A DNA stretch of 64,000 bases, taken from Gemmatimonadota bacterium. Its GTDB lineage: Bacteria; Gemmatimonadota; Gemmatimonadetes; Gemmatimonadales; Gemmatimonadaceae. The first letter of the stretch is position 1. Each line of letters starts with the position of its first letter. Position numbers and translations under genes: made by a program. Shown piece after piece: positions 21,601 to 32,034 of the stretch. Where the stretch lies: contig NSHR01000009.1 of NCBI GenBank assembly GCA_002737115.1, forward strand, positions 730-64,729. Direction: 5' to 3'. The notes beneath the pieces were generated by a model that saw only the letters and a program-made list of their open reading frames with translations, ran no database searches and had not been told where the DNA came from.

Positions 21601-21799
21601 CAGCCGCGTTCGTGTTGGCCCCAAGTGTTGTGCCCTGAATGATCACCGAAACGCCCTCAACGGGCTTTCCGCTTTCCGCGTCGGTCACCACGCCGGTCAA
21701 CTTACCGGTCTGGGCCTGGGCGGCGGTGATCGGCGTGGCAACTGCCACCACGCCTAGGACCGTCGCGATAAACCACATACGACGTCCGAAAGCCTTCAT
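18674..21799 (-). CDS. TonB-dependent receptor (non-SusC type) with N-terminal carboxypeptidase-regulatory-like domain
   Basis: GGAGGA RBS before MKAFGRR; plug 'IRVRGSRGG...IDGVPIN...YGNALSGIVN'; 'FSPRIGVNFPL'; terminal Phe. Confidence 0.9.
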   Translation of the reverse strand: MKAFGRRMWFIATVLGVVAVATPITAAQAQTGKLTGVVTDAESGKPVEGVSVIIQGTTLGANTNAAGRYFIISVPPGNYTVQARRLGFQSINTTDVRIAIDVTREQNFKLRATNQTLAAVTVQAEKTPLIERGQVGSGSSITEEQIQSLPVTSIAGVLALQQGFQEVPQNTSLISVAEEQRNTSAPIRVRGSRGGSTLSMIDGVPINNSIFGSNAIDINSFAVSGVDFRRGNMDPQYGNALSGIVNSSIREGGSQVSGSISFQNGTLPGELFNSTQDKLGGNNLLRGYLAGPVPGTNSKLRYSVSGQVESAAARVLEFDQDIFSVNQNVERSEVLPAYSRDLIKGWQAFGGRQNAQFVGKLTFLPFDNTKINFTAIGAERANRPYDRRFMFSYQPDPLSLVTNRADSLYVINDQGLVLQRDLTPTAIRDKSNMYILSLVQNWGRSSLTLRAAQLEFERLTCPIYRGVCLPAPFCQANFAQGFINPSPTLCNTVPDQGATGQLFGGEQFTDRTFRADLKSQITDHNELQIGAQLVTHDLIYSDRAAGPGQSGITPLTYQVYRAKPYDAAAYVQSVIEYDFLSIRLGGRFDYGVARGRSFANPLDPANATTAREVCNGTSVAGKRLVNAQGQPYGTTGCFASKENPATKRPILLDSAASIAQGDDFAAARARTAFSPRIGVNFPLTERSQLFFNAGRYTKVPNYADVYRNTGTGTVAGRTGAGDRYCGAEQVKPGTTECAPDIRSSNPTYVGNVNLLLEEAKSYEVGYSTTLGAQNNYGLQVAVYNRSETGLTGIRTSRATNDIGSTYDGSAPQYRVVVNGDFLTARGMEASLDRRLSNRYQFSVNYGIARSTTNSQAPDRADEIARTEANRVQLIETLTDGNITHTANLSVTYRVQNDLPTLPLNAGRLLRNTTVSYTYQIRSGNPYTPVRATSLANIGVTNNASDINSGTAPSVQDMGLQLDKRFAIRNVNYSAFFRVSNLLDRKNCAQVFVNTGKCDAGLRDFQNRRVGNTGDVSTSTGYDQPEYIGARRSLFAGITVSF

Positions 21800-22048
21800 C
21801 TGCTCCTCCGGGAGGCTAGTACTGCGGGACAACGTGTCGGCCGGTGGGACCGCATCGACTACGTCTGCAACGCCACACCGACCCTGTCGGCTCACCTTTC
21901 GGCGGCCGCAGAACCGACGTGGCACTGAAAAGCGCCGGCGCAGGGGCGCGGCGGCGGGAAAACACGTGGGGTGGGGACGACAGCGGTGGGGACGACACGA
22001 ACTTTTACTCATTCAGTGCGCGGATCACTGCAGCGTAACAGAAAGGCT

Positions 22049-22076
22049 AAGGTAGCAGTTCGCACGGGACTGTCAA
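22049..22076 (-). promoter_or_regulatory. Sigma70-type promoter of the TBDT-CTD-PorV operon
   Basis: Perfect TTGACA, 16-nt spacer ending TGC (extended -10), then TACCTT. Confidence 0.6.
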
Positions 22077-22123
22077 TTGGAACGCGGGCCCGATCGGGGC
22101 GAGGACATATGCCGGCACAACGC

Positions 22124-22155
22124 CACGAGGCCGCCAAACGTCTGGCGGCCTCGTG
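22124..22155 (-). terminator. Hairpin / likely terminator after the LytTR gene
   Basis: 13-bp stem cacgaggccgcca/tggcggcctcgtg; weak U tail. Confidence 0.5.
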
Positions 22156-22187
22156 CCTTCGCAATTTGGGGGGACCACCGGCGCCGA

Positions 22188-23249
22188 TCAGCGCACCCGG
22201 GACCGATAGGTCCGTGACAGGCGCAGCGTAGACCCGTCGCCGAGCATCAGCAGGCCGTCGCCACCGGGCAGCGGCGACATCTCCCGCACGCGATCCATAT
22301 TGACCACGATGCGCCGGTGGATGCGCACGAACTGGCGCGGATCGAGTGCGGACTCGATGGCCGTGATGGTGCCACGGGTGCGGTACTTCTCGCCGGCCGC
22401 GTGCACCAGGATGTAATTGCCGTCGGCCTCGAACCAATCGACGTCCGACAGCGGCACAAAGCGGATGCGCCGCCCCTCCCGCACCAGGACGCGGAGCGGA
22501 CGGGCCTCGCCGGAGCCGGATGACGCGCGACCGCCGTCGTCCTGCGCCAGATCGAGCACCGGCTCCTCAGCCTCGTCGCGCGCGAAGCGCCCGACCGAAG
22601 GCTCGGTGGTACGCGCGGCGCGCCATGGCGTGGACGCAATCAGCGTTCCCGTGGACTGCCCAGTCGCCCGTTTGCGGCGACGGGCGTCACCGCCGTCTTC
22701 CTGATCGAGCACGCCGGCGTGTCCGTGGCCGCTAAGCTGCCCACTCGCCTGCCCACTCGCCTGCCCACTCGCTTGACCGCTGCCGGCCGCGCGCGTGAAC
22801 AGCGTACCAAGCTCGCGACTGCCCGACGCGTTCGCTTCGCCGATCAGACGCTGCAGCTCGTCGGCGGTGCGCAGTAAGGCCACCTGCAACACCTGCTGAC
22901 GCGCACGCGCCATCGCATCACGCAGACGCACGGCCACGACCGGTACCGGCACGAAGTCGGTGGCCTGCAGTTCGAACGCGTGCACCGCATCCTCTTCACG
23001 CGCGGAAGCGAATACGATCGCCGTGGGACGCTCGGACGCCGCGAGTGATTGCACGAACGCAAAGCCCGACATGTCGGCCAGCTCCGCACTCACCAGCGCA
23101 ATATCGGGGACGGGAGAGAGCGCGGCACGCGCCGACGTGGAGTCGGTGTGATATCCGAGTACCGACGCATCGAGCGTGGGCGTTAGGTGGGCCAGCAGTT
23201 CGGGAACAGACGCCGGAACCTGGCCGAAAACGACGACACGAAGAGGCAT
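22188..23249 (-). CDS. LytTR-family response regulator with atypical receiver domain
   Basis: C-terminal LytTR 'DVDWFEADGNY...FVRIHRRIVVN...LSRTYR'; N-terminal REC-like fold 'AVHAFELQATDF'. Start set at MPLRVVV. Confidence 0.85.
   Translation of the reverse strand: MPLRVVVFGQVPASVPELLAHLTPTLDASVLGYHTDSTSARAALSPVPDIALVSAELADMSGFAFVQSLAASERPTAIVFASAREEDAVHAFELQATDFVPVPVVAVRLRDAMARARQQVLQVALLRTADELQRLIGEANASGSRELGTLFTRAAGSGQASGQASGQASGQLSGHGHAGVLDQEDGGDARRRKRATGQSTGTLIASTPWRAARTTEPSVGRFARDEAEEPVLDLAQDDGGRASSGSGEARPLRVLVREGRRIRFVPLSDVDWFEADGNYILVHAAGEKYRTRGTITAIESALDPRQFVRIHRRIVVNMDRVREMSPLPGGDGLLMLGDGSTLRLSRTYRSRVR
22737..22772. repeat. 12-bp coding tandem repeat x3 (ASGQ)
   Basis: ctgcccactcgc three times, in the LytTR linker. 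Confidence 0.9.
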
Positions 23250-23508
23250 GACTGTTAGTGAAAACGCGAGCAGATATGATGCGATCACGACCACGGCGAC
23301 GCGAGCTGCCAGACGACGGTGCACTACCGGTCGCCCCGCATATCTTACGGACCAGATCGCCGATACGTTGAGGAGAAAATACCGAAAACAGGAAAATGAC
23401 GGACCGCCGTGTGCCGGAAACAGGACACGCAGCACATGGTGTGACCCATGCCCCGCGTGTGAAGTGCGTTCGTTCCCTGCGCCGAGGTGTTCGCGCTACA
23501 CGCTCGGA

Positions 23509-23778
23509 CTAGGCCGCGCTGATCGCCGTGGCGTGTTCCGTTACAACGCGTACCTGATCGTCGATGATTTGCAGGAAGCCCCCCTCGATGCCGAAGCGCT
23601 GTTCGCCCTCGGCCGTGTCGAGCCGCAGCGTCCCCTTGCCCAACAGCGTCATCAGCGGCGCGTGCATCGGCAAGATTCCCATCTCGCCGTCGAACGCCGG
23701 CGCGATGACGCCCCGCGCGGTACCCTCGAAGAGCACGCGCTCGGGGGAAATCACCGACACCTTGAGTGAGTCGCTCAT
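23509..23778 (-). CDS. atpC: F1 ATP synthase epsilon subunit (short form)
   Basis: 'LKVSVISPERVLFEG...GEMGILPMHAPLMTLLGKG...GGFLQI'; 89 aa; follows atpD. Confidence 0.93.
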   Translation of the reverse strand: MSDSLKVSVISPERVLFEGTARGVIAPAFDGEMGILPMHAPLMTLLGKGTLRLDTAEGEQRFGIEGGFLQIIDDQVRVVTEHATAISAA

Positions 23779-23782
23779 GCGA

Positions 23783-25219
<1,437 letters not shown>

Positions 25220-25238
25220 CTATGTGGAGATAGGGAAA

Positions 25239-26108
25239 TCAGCCCTGCAGTGCCGATGCGCCGCCGACGATTTCGGCGATTTCCTGCGTGATCTGCGCTT
25301 GCCGCGCGGAGTTGTACGTGCGCTTGAGCAGTTGCAGCATCTCGGTCGCGTTGTCGGTGGCGTTCTTCATCGCCGTCCGACGCGCGCCCTGCTCACCCGC
25401 GGCCGTTTCCACGAGCGCCCGGTACACGGTGTTGCGCACATACAGCGGCAACAACGCTTCGAGGATTTCGTCGGCCGACGGCGCGAGAATGAAATCGCGC
25501 GACAACCCGGCACCGGCCGTGGTCGGTGCCACGACCGGCAACAGCTGTTCGGTGGCCGGCGGCGTGGAGAGCGCGGACTTGTACTTGGCGTAGGTCACGT
25601 GCACCGCATCGAGATCACCCGACGCGAAGCGCGTCATGAGCGTGTCGATGAGCGACGTGGCATCGGCCGACGTGGGCTTGTCGCTGATATCGGCACGCTG
25701 CGACGCGAGGTCGCGACCGAGATACTTGAAGAAGCCGATGCCCTTACGGCCCACGATGTGCAGCTCGACGCTGATGCCCTTCCCTTCCAGCTCGGCGAGA
25801 CGCGCGCGCGCCTCACGCAGCAGGTTGGTGTTGAATGCGCCGCAGAGGCCGCGATTCGCCGTGAGCACCACCAGCGCCACTTTCTTGATCTGCGCCGGGC
25901 GGCGAAGCAGCGGGAAACGCTCCGCCAGTTCCGGCGTATAGACGTGCGACAGCACCTCGCCAAGCGCCAGCGCGTACGGACGCGCGGACGACACGCGATC
26001 CGCCGCGCGCTTCATCTTGGAGGTGGCGACCATTTCCATCGTGCGCGTGATCTTGCGCGTGTTTTCGACGGACTTGATGCGCCCCTTGAGTTCGCGGCCT
26101 TTGGCCAT
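25239..26108 (-). CDS. atpG: F1 ATP synthase gamma subunit
   Basis: 'KITRTMEMVATSK', 'RGLCGAFN', 'ARQAQITQEIAEIVGGA'. Confidence 0.98.
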   Translation of the reverse strand: MAKGRELKGRIKSVENTRKITRTMEMVATSKMKRAADRVSSARPYALALGEVLSHVYTPELAERFPLLRRPAQIKKVALVVLTANRGLCGAFNTNLLREARARLAELEGKGISVELHIVGRKGIGFFKYLGRDLASQRADISDKPTSADATSLIDTLMTRFASGDLDAVHVTYAKYKSALSTPPATEQLLPVVAPTTAGAGLSRDFILAPSADEILEALLPLYVRNTVYRALVETAAGEQGARRTAMKNATDNATEMLQLLKRTYNSARQAQITQEIAEIVGGASALQG

Positions 26109-26109
26109 G

Positions 26110-27675
<1,566 letters not shown>

Positions 27676-27723
27676 GAGGCAGGGGCTTTATATGCGTGGT
27701 AACGATTCGGGGATAGCTTGTGA

Positions 27724-27752
27724 AAATTATCACATGGGGTGAGTCGGTGCAA
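27724..27752 (-). promoter_or_regulatory. Sigma70-type promoter of atpAGDC
   Basis: TTGCAC-17 nt-TAATTT with a TGn extended -10, about 50 nt upstream of atpA. Confidence 0.65.
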
Positions 27753-27785
27753 CCCAGCGGTGCTGGGCAGCTTTGGCCATGAACG

Positions 27786-27848
27786 GCAGACAGAAGACAG
27801 CACCCCGCAACAGCAGACCGCAGACAGCAGACAGCAACAGCAACAGCC
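27786..27848. repeat. Degenerate 6-7-bp tandem repeats (gcagaca/gcaaca)
   Basis: gcagacagaagacag...cagcagaccgcagacagcagacagcaacagcaacagcc. Confidence 0.7.
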
Positions 27849-28046
27849 AGAACACGGAGACCACGGATCGCACGGAAACAACACGGATAAGCCCGCCTGG
27901 CGGAGAGGCCGGCGCGGCTGACGGGATTGCTTTTGAGTAAAAAAGCGCTTCGGAGGGGGGCGTCGCGGGGCCGGTCGCCCACACGGAGCAGATCCGTGTT
28001 GTTACGGTGTTATCCGCGTGATCCGTGTTCTGGCTGTTGCGGTTGC
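27834..28046. repeat. Inverted-repeat element (55-bp arms, 103-bp spacer), REP/MITE-like
   Basis: Arms 27834-27888 and 27992-28046 match at 46 of 55 positions by manual alignment; arms are built from cacgga units at about 9-bp spacing. Confidence 0.8.
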
Positions 28047-28049
28047 GAC

Positions 28050-28865
28050 CTAGCCTGCCGTCGGATCCCCGAATGCGGCCTGACCGAAGCGCTCGAGCAG
28101 GTCGACGGTGCGGAGACGGGACAGGCTGGAGGCGCGGGCGCCGACGAGGCGCTGGGTGGTGCTGGAGAGGTGCGACGAGCTGGCGAAGCCCAGCACCTGC
28201 GCCACGTCGCGCACATCGTAGCCGGCGTTTTTGGACAGTTCGGCGGCGGCGAGGACCCGTACGAGGTCGATCACGCGCTTGAGGGTGGGGGCCTGCCCCA
28301 CGGCGAAGCTGCGTGACAGGTGCTCGCGCGACACGCTGAGCTCCTTGGCCAGCTGGTCGGTGCGGACCGGTCGGCCGGCGCGGCGCACGACGCTTTGCCA
28401 GACGGCGATCTGCAGCGGGGTTTCGAGATGCAGCATGGCCGGCGGCTGCGACAGCGCCCGCTCGAAGCGGCTGGAGAAGGCACGCCGGAGCACGAGCTCG
28501 CGGGCCACACTGTCGTCCACGCCTTCAACGAGGATGTCGGCCACCCCGGCATCGGCCGCTCGCGCCACGAGCGGTGCGTCGGCGGGCAGCAGGGTCGTGA
28601 TCAGGACGAACGGGAGACTGGGAAACTCCTCGGCCCGGGCGATCAGCCGCTGCGCGTCGTCGCCGGCGCCCGCGTCGATGATAACGACGTCGACGAGTTC
28701 CTTGATGAGATACTCCTCGACGTCCGCCGCGCTTTTAGCGGCATGCACGTGGGCGCGGCGGCGCGGGAACGCCGCACGAACGAGGGCCCGCGCGCGCTCA
28801 CGCTTGAGCAGGGCGACCACGCACATCGGTGGCGCGGTGCTGTCGGCACCGTGGCGGGTGGGCAT
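28050..28865 (-). CDS. AraC-family transcriptional regulator with REC-like N-terminus
   Basis: 'LAKELSVSREHLSRSF...VRDVAQVLGFASSSHLS' double HTH; N-terminal 'VDVVIID...PFVLIT...AGVADIL'. Confidence 0.85.
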   Translation of the reverse strand: MPTRHGADSTAPPMCVVALLKRERARALVRAAFPRRRAHVHAAKSAADVEEYLIKELVDVVIIDAGAGDDAQRLIARAEEFPSLPFVLITTLLPADAPLVARAADAGVADILVEGVDDSVARELVLRRAFSSRFERALSQPPAMLHLETPLQIAVWQSVVRRAGRPVRTDQLAKELSVSREHLSRSFAVGQAPTLKRVIDLVRVLAAAELSKNAGYDVRDVAQVLGFASSSHLSSTTQRLVGARASSLSRLRTVDLLERFGQAAFGDPTAG

Positions 28866-29389
28866 CAGCGGGAGTGCTCGGTGTGCACGCCGGCGCGCGG
28901 CGTGGGCGCCTGGGCCGGATCGGCGGCCGGATCTTCCCCGCGGACCATGGCGTGGGCGCGCGTCAGCACGTCGCGGGCATTGGCGTAGGAGACCAATTGC
29001 GTGGCGTCTTTAAACGAGGCCCACCGGCAGGCGGTAATGCCCTCGTCCCGCTGCGGTGTGGTGGGAGAGGCGTCACTGCGCATGAGGTAGAAATGACAGA
29101 CCTTGTGCACCAGCTTGCCGCGGAACCGAAAGAACCAGTTGATGGTATCGATCGCGCCATCGAGTGCGACATCATCGAGCCCGGTTTCCTCGCGCACTTC
29201 ACGCAGCGCGGCGGCTTCGGGCGGCTCATCGGTTTCGAGATGTCCTTTCGGAAATCCCCAGTTCTGATAGCTGTCGCGAATGAGCAGGAACATCGGCTCG
29301 CCATCTTGCACGCGATACACGACGCCACCAGCCGACGTTTCGAGGGTGGCGCGCCCGGAGCGCTTGTGCGGATCGCGCGACGTCGTCAC
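28865..29389 (-). CDS. NUDIX hydrolase (Ap4A-hydrolase-like)
   Basis: 'SAGGVV', 'WGFPKGHLETDEPPEAAALREVREETG' Nudix box; start uncertain (GTG at 29389 chosen). Confidence 0.9.
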   Translation of the reverse strand: MTTSRDPHKRSGRATLETSAGGVVYRVQDGEPMFLLIRDSYQNWGFPKGHLETDEPPEAAALREVREETGLDDVALDGAIDTINWFFRFRGKLVHKVCHFYLMRSDASPTTPQRDEGITACRWASFKDATQLVSYANARDVLTRAHAMVRGEDPAADPAQAPTPRAGVHTEHSR

Positions 29390-29426
29390 CGCGATGCGAC
29401 CGAGAGAGGCGGCACGAGCACCCGAT

Positions 29427-30212
29427 TCAGCTCGTCTGGGCGGTGTCGCCCGAGGCCACACCGATCAGCGGCGCACTTCCTTCAAGCGTGGCGCGCCCTT
29501 CGATGAACTGGCGAACGAGCGGGTCGGTGCTGTGCTGAATTTCATCCACCGTCCCGACGGCGCGCACCTCACCCTCGTACAGCATCGCGATGCGCGTGCC
29601 CACGGTGTAGGCGCTCCGCATATCGTGCGTGATGACGATGCCGGTGACCCCCAGCTGCTCCCGCATGCGCACCATGAGCGCATCGATGGTGGCCGACGTC
29701 ACCGGGTCGAGACCGGTGGTGGGTTCGTCATACAGGATGTACTTGGGGCGCAGGGCGATCGCGCGGGCGATGCCGACGCGCTTCCGCATGCCGCCGGAGA
29801 GTTCGGCCGGCATGCGGCTCTTCACATCGGGCAAATCGACCAGCGAGAGCGCTTCGTCGACCCGGATGGTGATTTCCGACTCACTGAGTTCGCCCTGCTT
29901 GCGCAGCCCCATGGCGACGTTCTCCCCGATGGTCATGGAGTCGAAGAGCGCCGCGAACTGGAACACGTAGCCGATCCGTCCACGCAGCGCGTAGAGGTCC
30001 TTGCGCGCGAGTTGATCGACGCGGAGGCCATCGACCCAGACTTCGCCCTCATCGGGTTCGAGGAGGCCGACGATGTGCTTGATCGCCACCGACTTGCCGG
30101 TTCCGGAATAGCCGATGATCACCATGGTCTCGCCTTCATTGACCTGAAGGGAGAAACCGCGGAGCACCTGCTTGGGCCCGAAAGCCTTGTGGACGTTCTT
30201 GAACTCGATCAT
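29427..30212 (-). CDS. mlaF: ABC transporter ATP-binding protein, MlaF/Mkl type
   Basis: GYSGTGKS, 'FQFAALFDSMT', LSGGMRKRVGIARA, 'YDEPTTGLDP', 'DPLVRQF'. Confidence 0.85.
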   Translation of the reverse strand: MIEFKNVHKAFGPKQVLRGFSLQVNEGETMVIIGYSGTGKSVAIKHIVGLLEPDEGEVWVDGLRVDQLARKDLYALRGRIGYVFQFAALFDSMTIGENVAMGLRKQGELSESEITIRVDEALSLVDLPDVKSRMPAELSGGMRKRVGIARAIALRPKYILYDEPTTGLDPVTSATIDALMVRMREQLGVTGIVITHDMRSAYTVGTRIAMLYEGEVRAVGTVDEIQHSTDPLVRQFIEGRATLEGSAPLIGVASGDTAQTS

Positions 30213-30273
30213 GAGATCACAAATGTACCGCCAAAGTTCGGCGAAGGTAGGCGTGACCTTGTGGGTCGCGCAC

Positions 30274-30303
30274 AGAAAGGGGCGCCCGATGTCGGACGCC
30301 CCT
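30274..30303 (-). terminator. Intrinsic terminator after the sigma gene
   Basis: Stem aggggcgtccga/tcgggcgcccct followed by a short T tract (TTCTGT) on the minus strand. Confidence 0.65.
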
Positions 30304-30339
30304 CATGACCTGCGGCCCCTGCGGATCCGACGTCGCCTT

Positions 30340-31227
30340 TTACGCGGCGAAACTGGACAGGGCGCGACCCACATCGCCTTCACGGAGGCGCTTGAGGGCC
30401 CGATCGCGTAGCTGACGCACGCGCTCGCGGGTGACACCCAGCATGGTGCCGATCTCCTCGAGCGTGTGCTCACGGCCGCCTTCGAGACCGAAGTAAAGAC
30501 GGAGCACCTTGGCGTCGCGCGGCGGCAACGTGGAGAGCGCCTGCTCGATTTCGTCGGTGAGGAAGCGGTTCATAGCTTCCTCTTCGGTGTCGGGCATCTC
30601 ATCCGCCACGAAGCGCTCGATCAGCGAGCGATCGCCATCGGGATCCATCGGGGCATCGAGACGCACGTCGCCGGTGTTCAAGGCCGCGAGCGACTGCACC
30701 ACGTCGACCGACAGGCCGGTGACCTGCGCGAGTTCTTCGGGCGAGGGCTCGCGACGGAGCTTCTGCCGGAGAATTTCCGACGCCTTAATGATGCGCGAGA
30801 GATCGGCGGTGCGATTGAGCGGCACACGCACCGTGCGCCCCTGTCGCGCGAGTGACGAGAGGATGGCCTGACGGATCCACCACACGGCGTACGAAATGAA
30901 CTTGACCCCTTGATCGGGATCGAACTTCCGCGCAGCGGTGAGTAGCCCGACGTTGCCTTCACCGATCAGATCGATGAGGGGCAATCCGCGGTTCTGATAT
31001 TTTTTGGCCACCGAGATGACAAAGCGGAGATTGCGCTTCACGAGCTCCTGCAGCGCGTCCTGGTCACCGGTGCGGATTTTTTTCGCGAGCTCAATCTCTT
31101 CGGCCGCTTTTAACAGCGGATACGTGCTGACTTCGTAGAGATACTGGTCGAGGATATCGCGCTCGGGTTCGCTGGGCGCGATGCCCGCGGGTGCCGCACG
31201 ACGGCGCTTCCGCTTGACTTCAGTCAT
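30340..31227 (-). CDS. RNA polymerase sigma70 factor, RpoD/SigA family, lacking region 1.1
   Basis: 'NLRFVISVAKKY', 'FISYAVWWIRQAI', 'TLEEIGTMLGVTRERVRQ'; 295 aa. Confidence 0.95.
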   Translation of the reverse strand: MTEVKRKRRRAAPAGIAPSEPERDILDQYLYEVSTYPLLKAAEEIELAKKIRTGDQDALQELVKRNLRFVISVAKKYQNRGLPLIDLIGEGNVGLLTAARKFDPDQGVKFISYAVWWIRQAILSSLARQGRTVRVPLNRTADLSRIIKASEILRQKLRREPSPEELAQVTGLSVDVVQSLAALNTGDVRLDAPMDPDGDRSLIERFVADEMPDTEEEAMNRFLTDEIEQALSTLPPRDAKVLRLYFGLEGGREHTLEEIGTMLGVTRERVRQLRDRALKRLREGDVGRALSSFAA

Positions 31228-31414
31228 GGTGTTCTATGAGACCTTGGGATGAGACATCACCCCTGAAGGAGGAAACGAAATGGCGACGGCTTGCCAGTGA
31301 ACGGCGCTGGCGACCCAAGAGATCCCAACCTGCCGCGACCAAACATTAACGGGGGGAGCCCTACAAGATACTCAAACAGGAGTCTTTCGCCAGTCTAATT
31401 CTGTGGAACTCTGC

Positions 31415-31443
31415 TTGACGCCGGACATACACCGCACTAGACT
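31415..31443 (+). promoter_or_regulatory. tRNA operon promoter
   Basis: TTGACG-17 nt-TAGACT followed by a GC-rich discriminator (gcgcg). Confidence 0.8.
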
Positions 31444-31509
31444 GCGCGTTCCTGATGCCCTCGCCAGCACCGTGCTGCTGGGACGGCGAATGCACAGGGA
31501 GCCAGTACC

Positions 31510-31582
<73 letters not shown>

Positions 31583-31624
31583 CTCCGGTTGGTGCACGTA
31601 ACGAACGCGTGCGGTCGCGGGTCT

Positions 31625-31697
31625 GCGGGAATAGCTCAGTTGGTAGAGCACAACCTTGCCAAGGTTGGGGTCGCGGGTTCGAGTCCCGTTTCCCGCT
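31625..31697 (+). tRNA. tRNA-Gly(GCC)
   Basis: GCGGGAA/TTCCCGC acceptor stem; anticodon arm caacc-TTGCCAA-ggttg. Confidence 0.97.
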
Positions 31698-31716
31698 TGT
31701 AGTACACCGGTGTCTT

Positions 31717-31790
31717 GGGTCGTTAGCTCAGTTGGTTAGAGCGCCACGTTGACATCGTGGAGGTCACAAGTTCGAGTCTTGTACGACCCA
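31717..31790 (+). tRNA. tRNA-Val(GAC)
   Basis: GGGTCGT/ACGACCC acceptor stem; ccacg-TTGACAT-cgtgg. Confidence 0.97.
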
Positions 31791-31924
31791 TCCGTTGGTC
31801 TGTTGGTGCTGGTGTGGGACAACTTGGTGAACGCTCGTCAGTAGCGAGAGCATGTACGATTCACTAGGTTCCGGAACTCTCTGAGAGGAGAGGCTGTGCG
31901 GTGATCGTGGTGCATCGGAGTTCT

Positions 31925-31998
31925 GCGCCTATAGCTCAATTGGATAGAGCATCTGACTACGGATCAGAAGGTTGGAGGTTCGAGTCCTTCTAGGCGCG
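31925..31998 (+). tRNA. tRNA-Arg(ACG)
   Basis: GCGCCTA/TAGGCGC acceptor stem; tctga-CTACGGA-tcaga. Confidence 0.97.
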
Positions 31999-32034
31999 TA
32001 GTGGTTTTGATGCAGGTCGCACCATGAGATCGCA

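Noticed and set aside
27834-28046. Possible CRISPR array or IS element
   Set aside because: The repeats are inverted and degenerate, with no unique spacers, cas genes or transposase.
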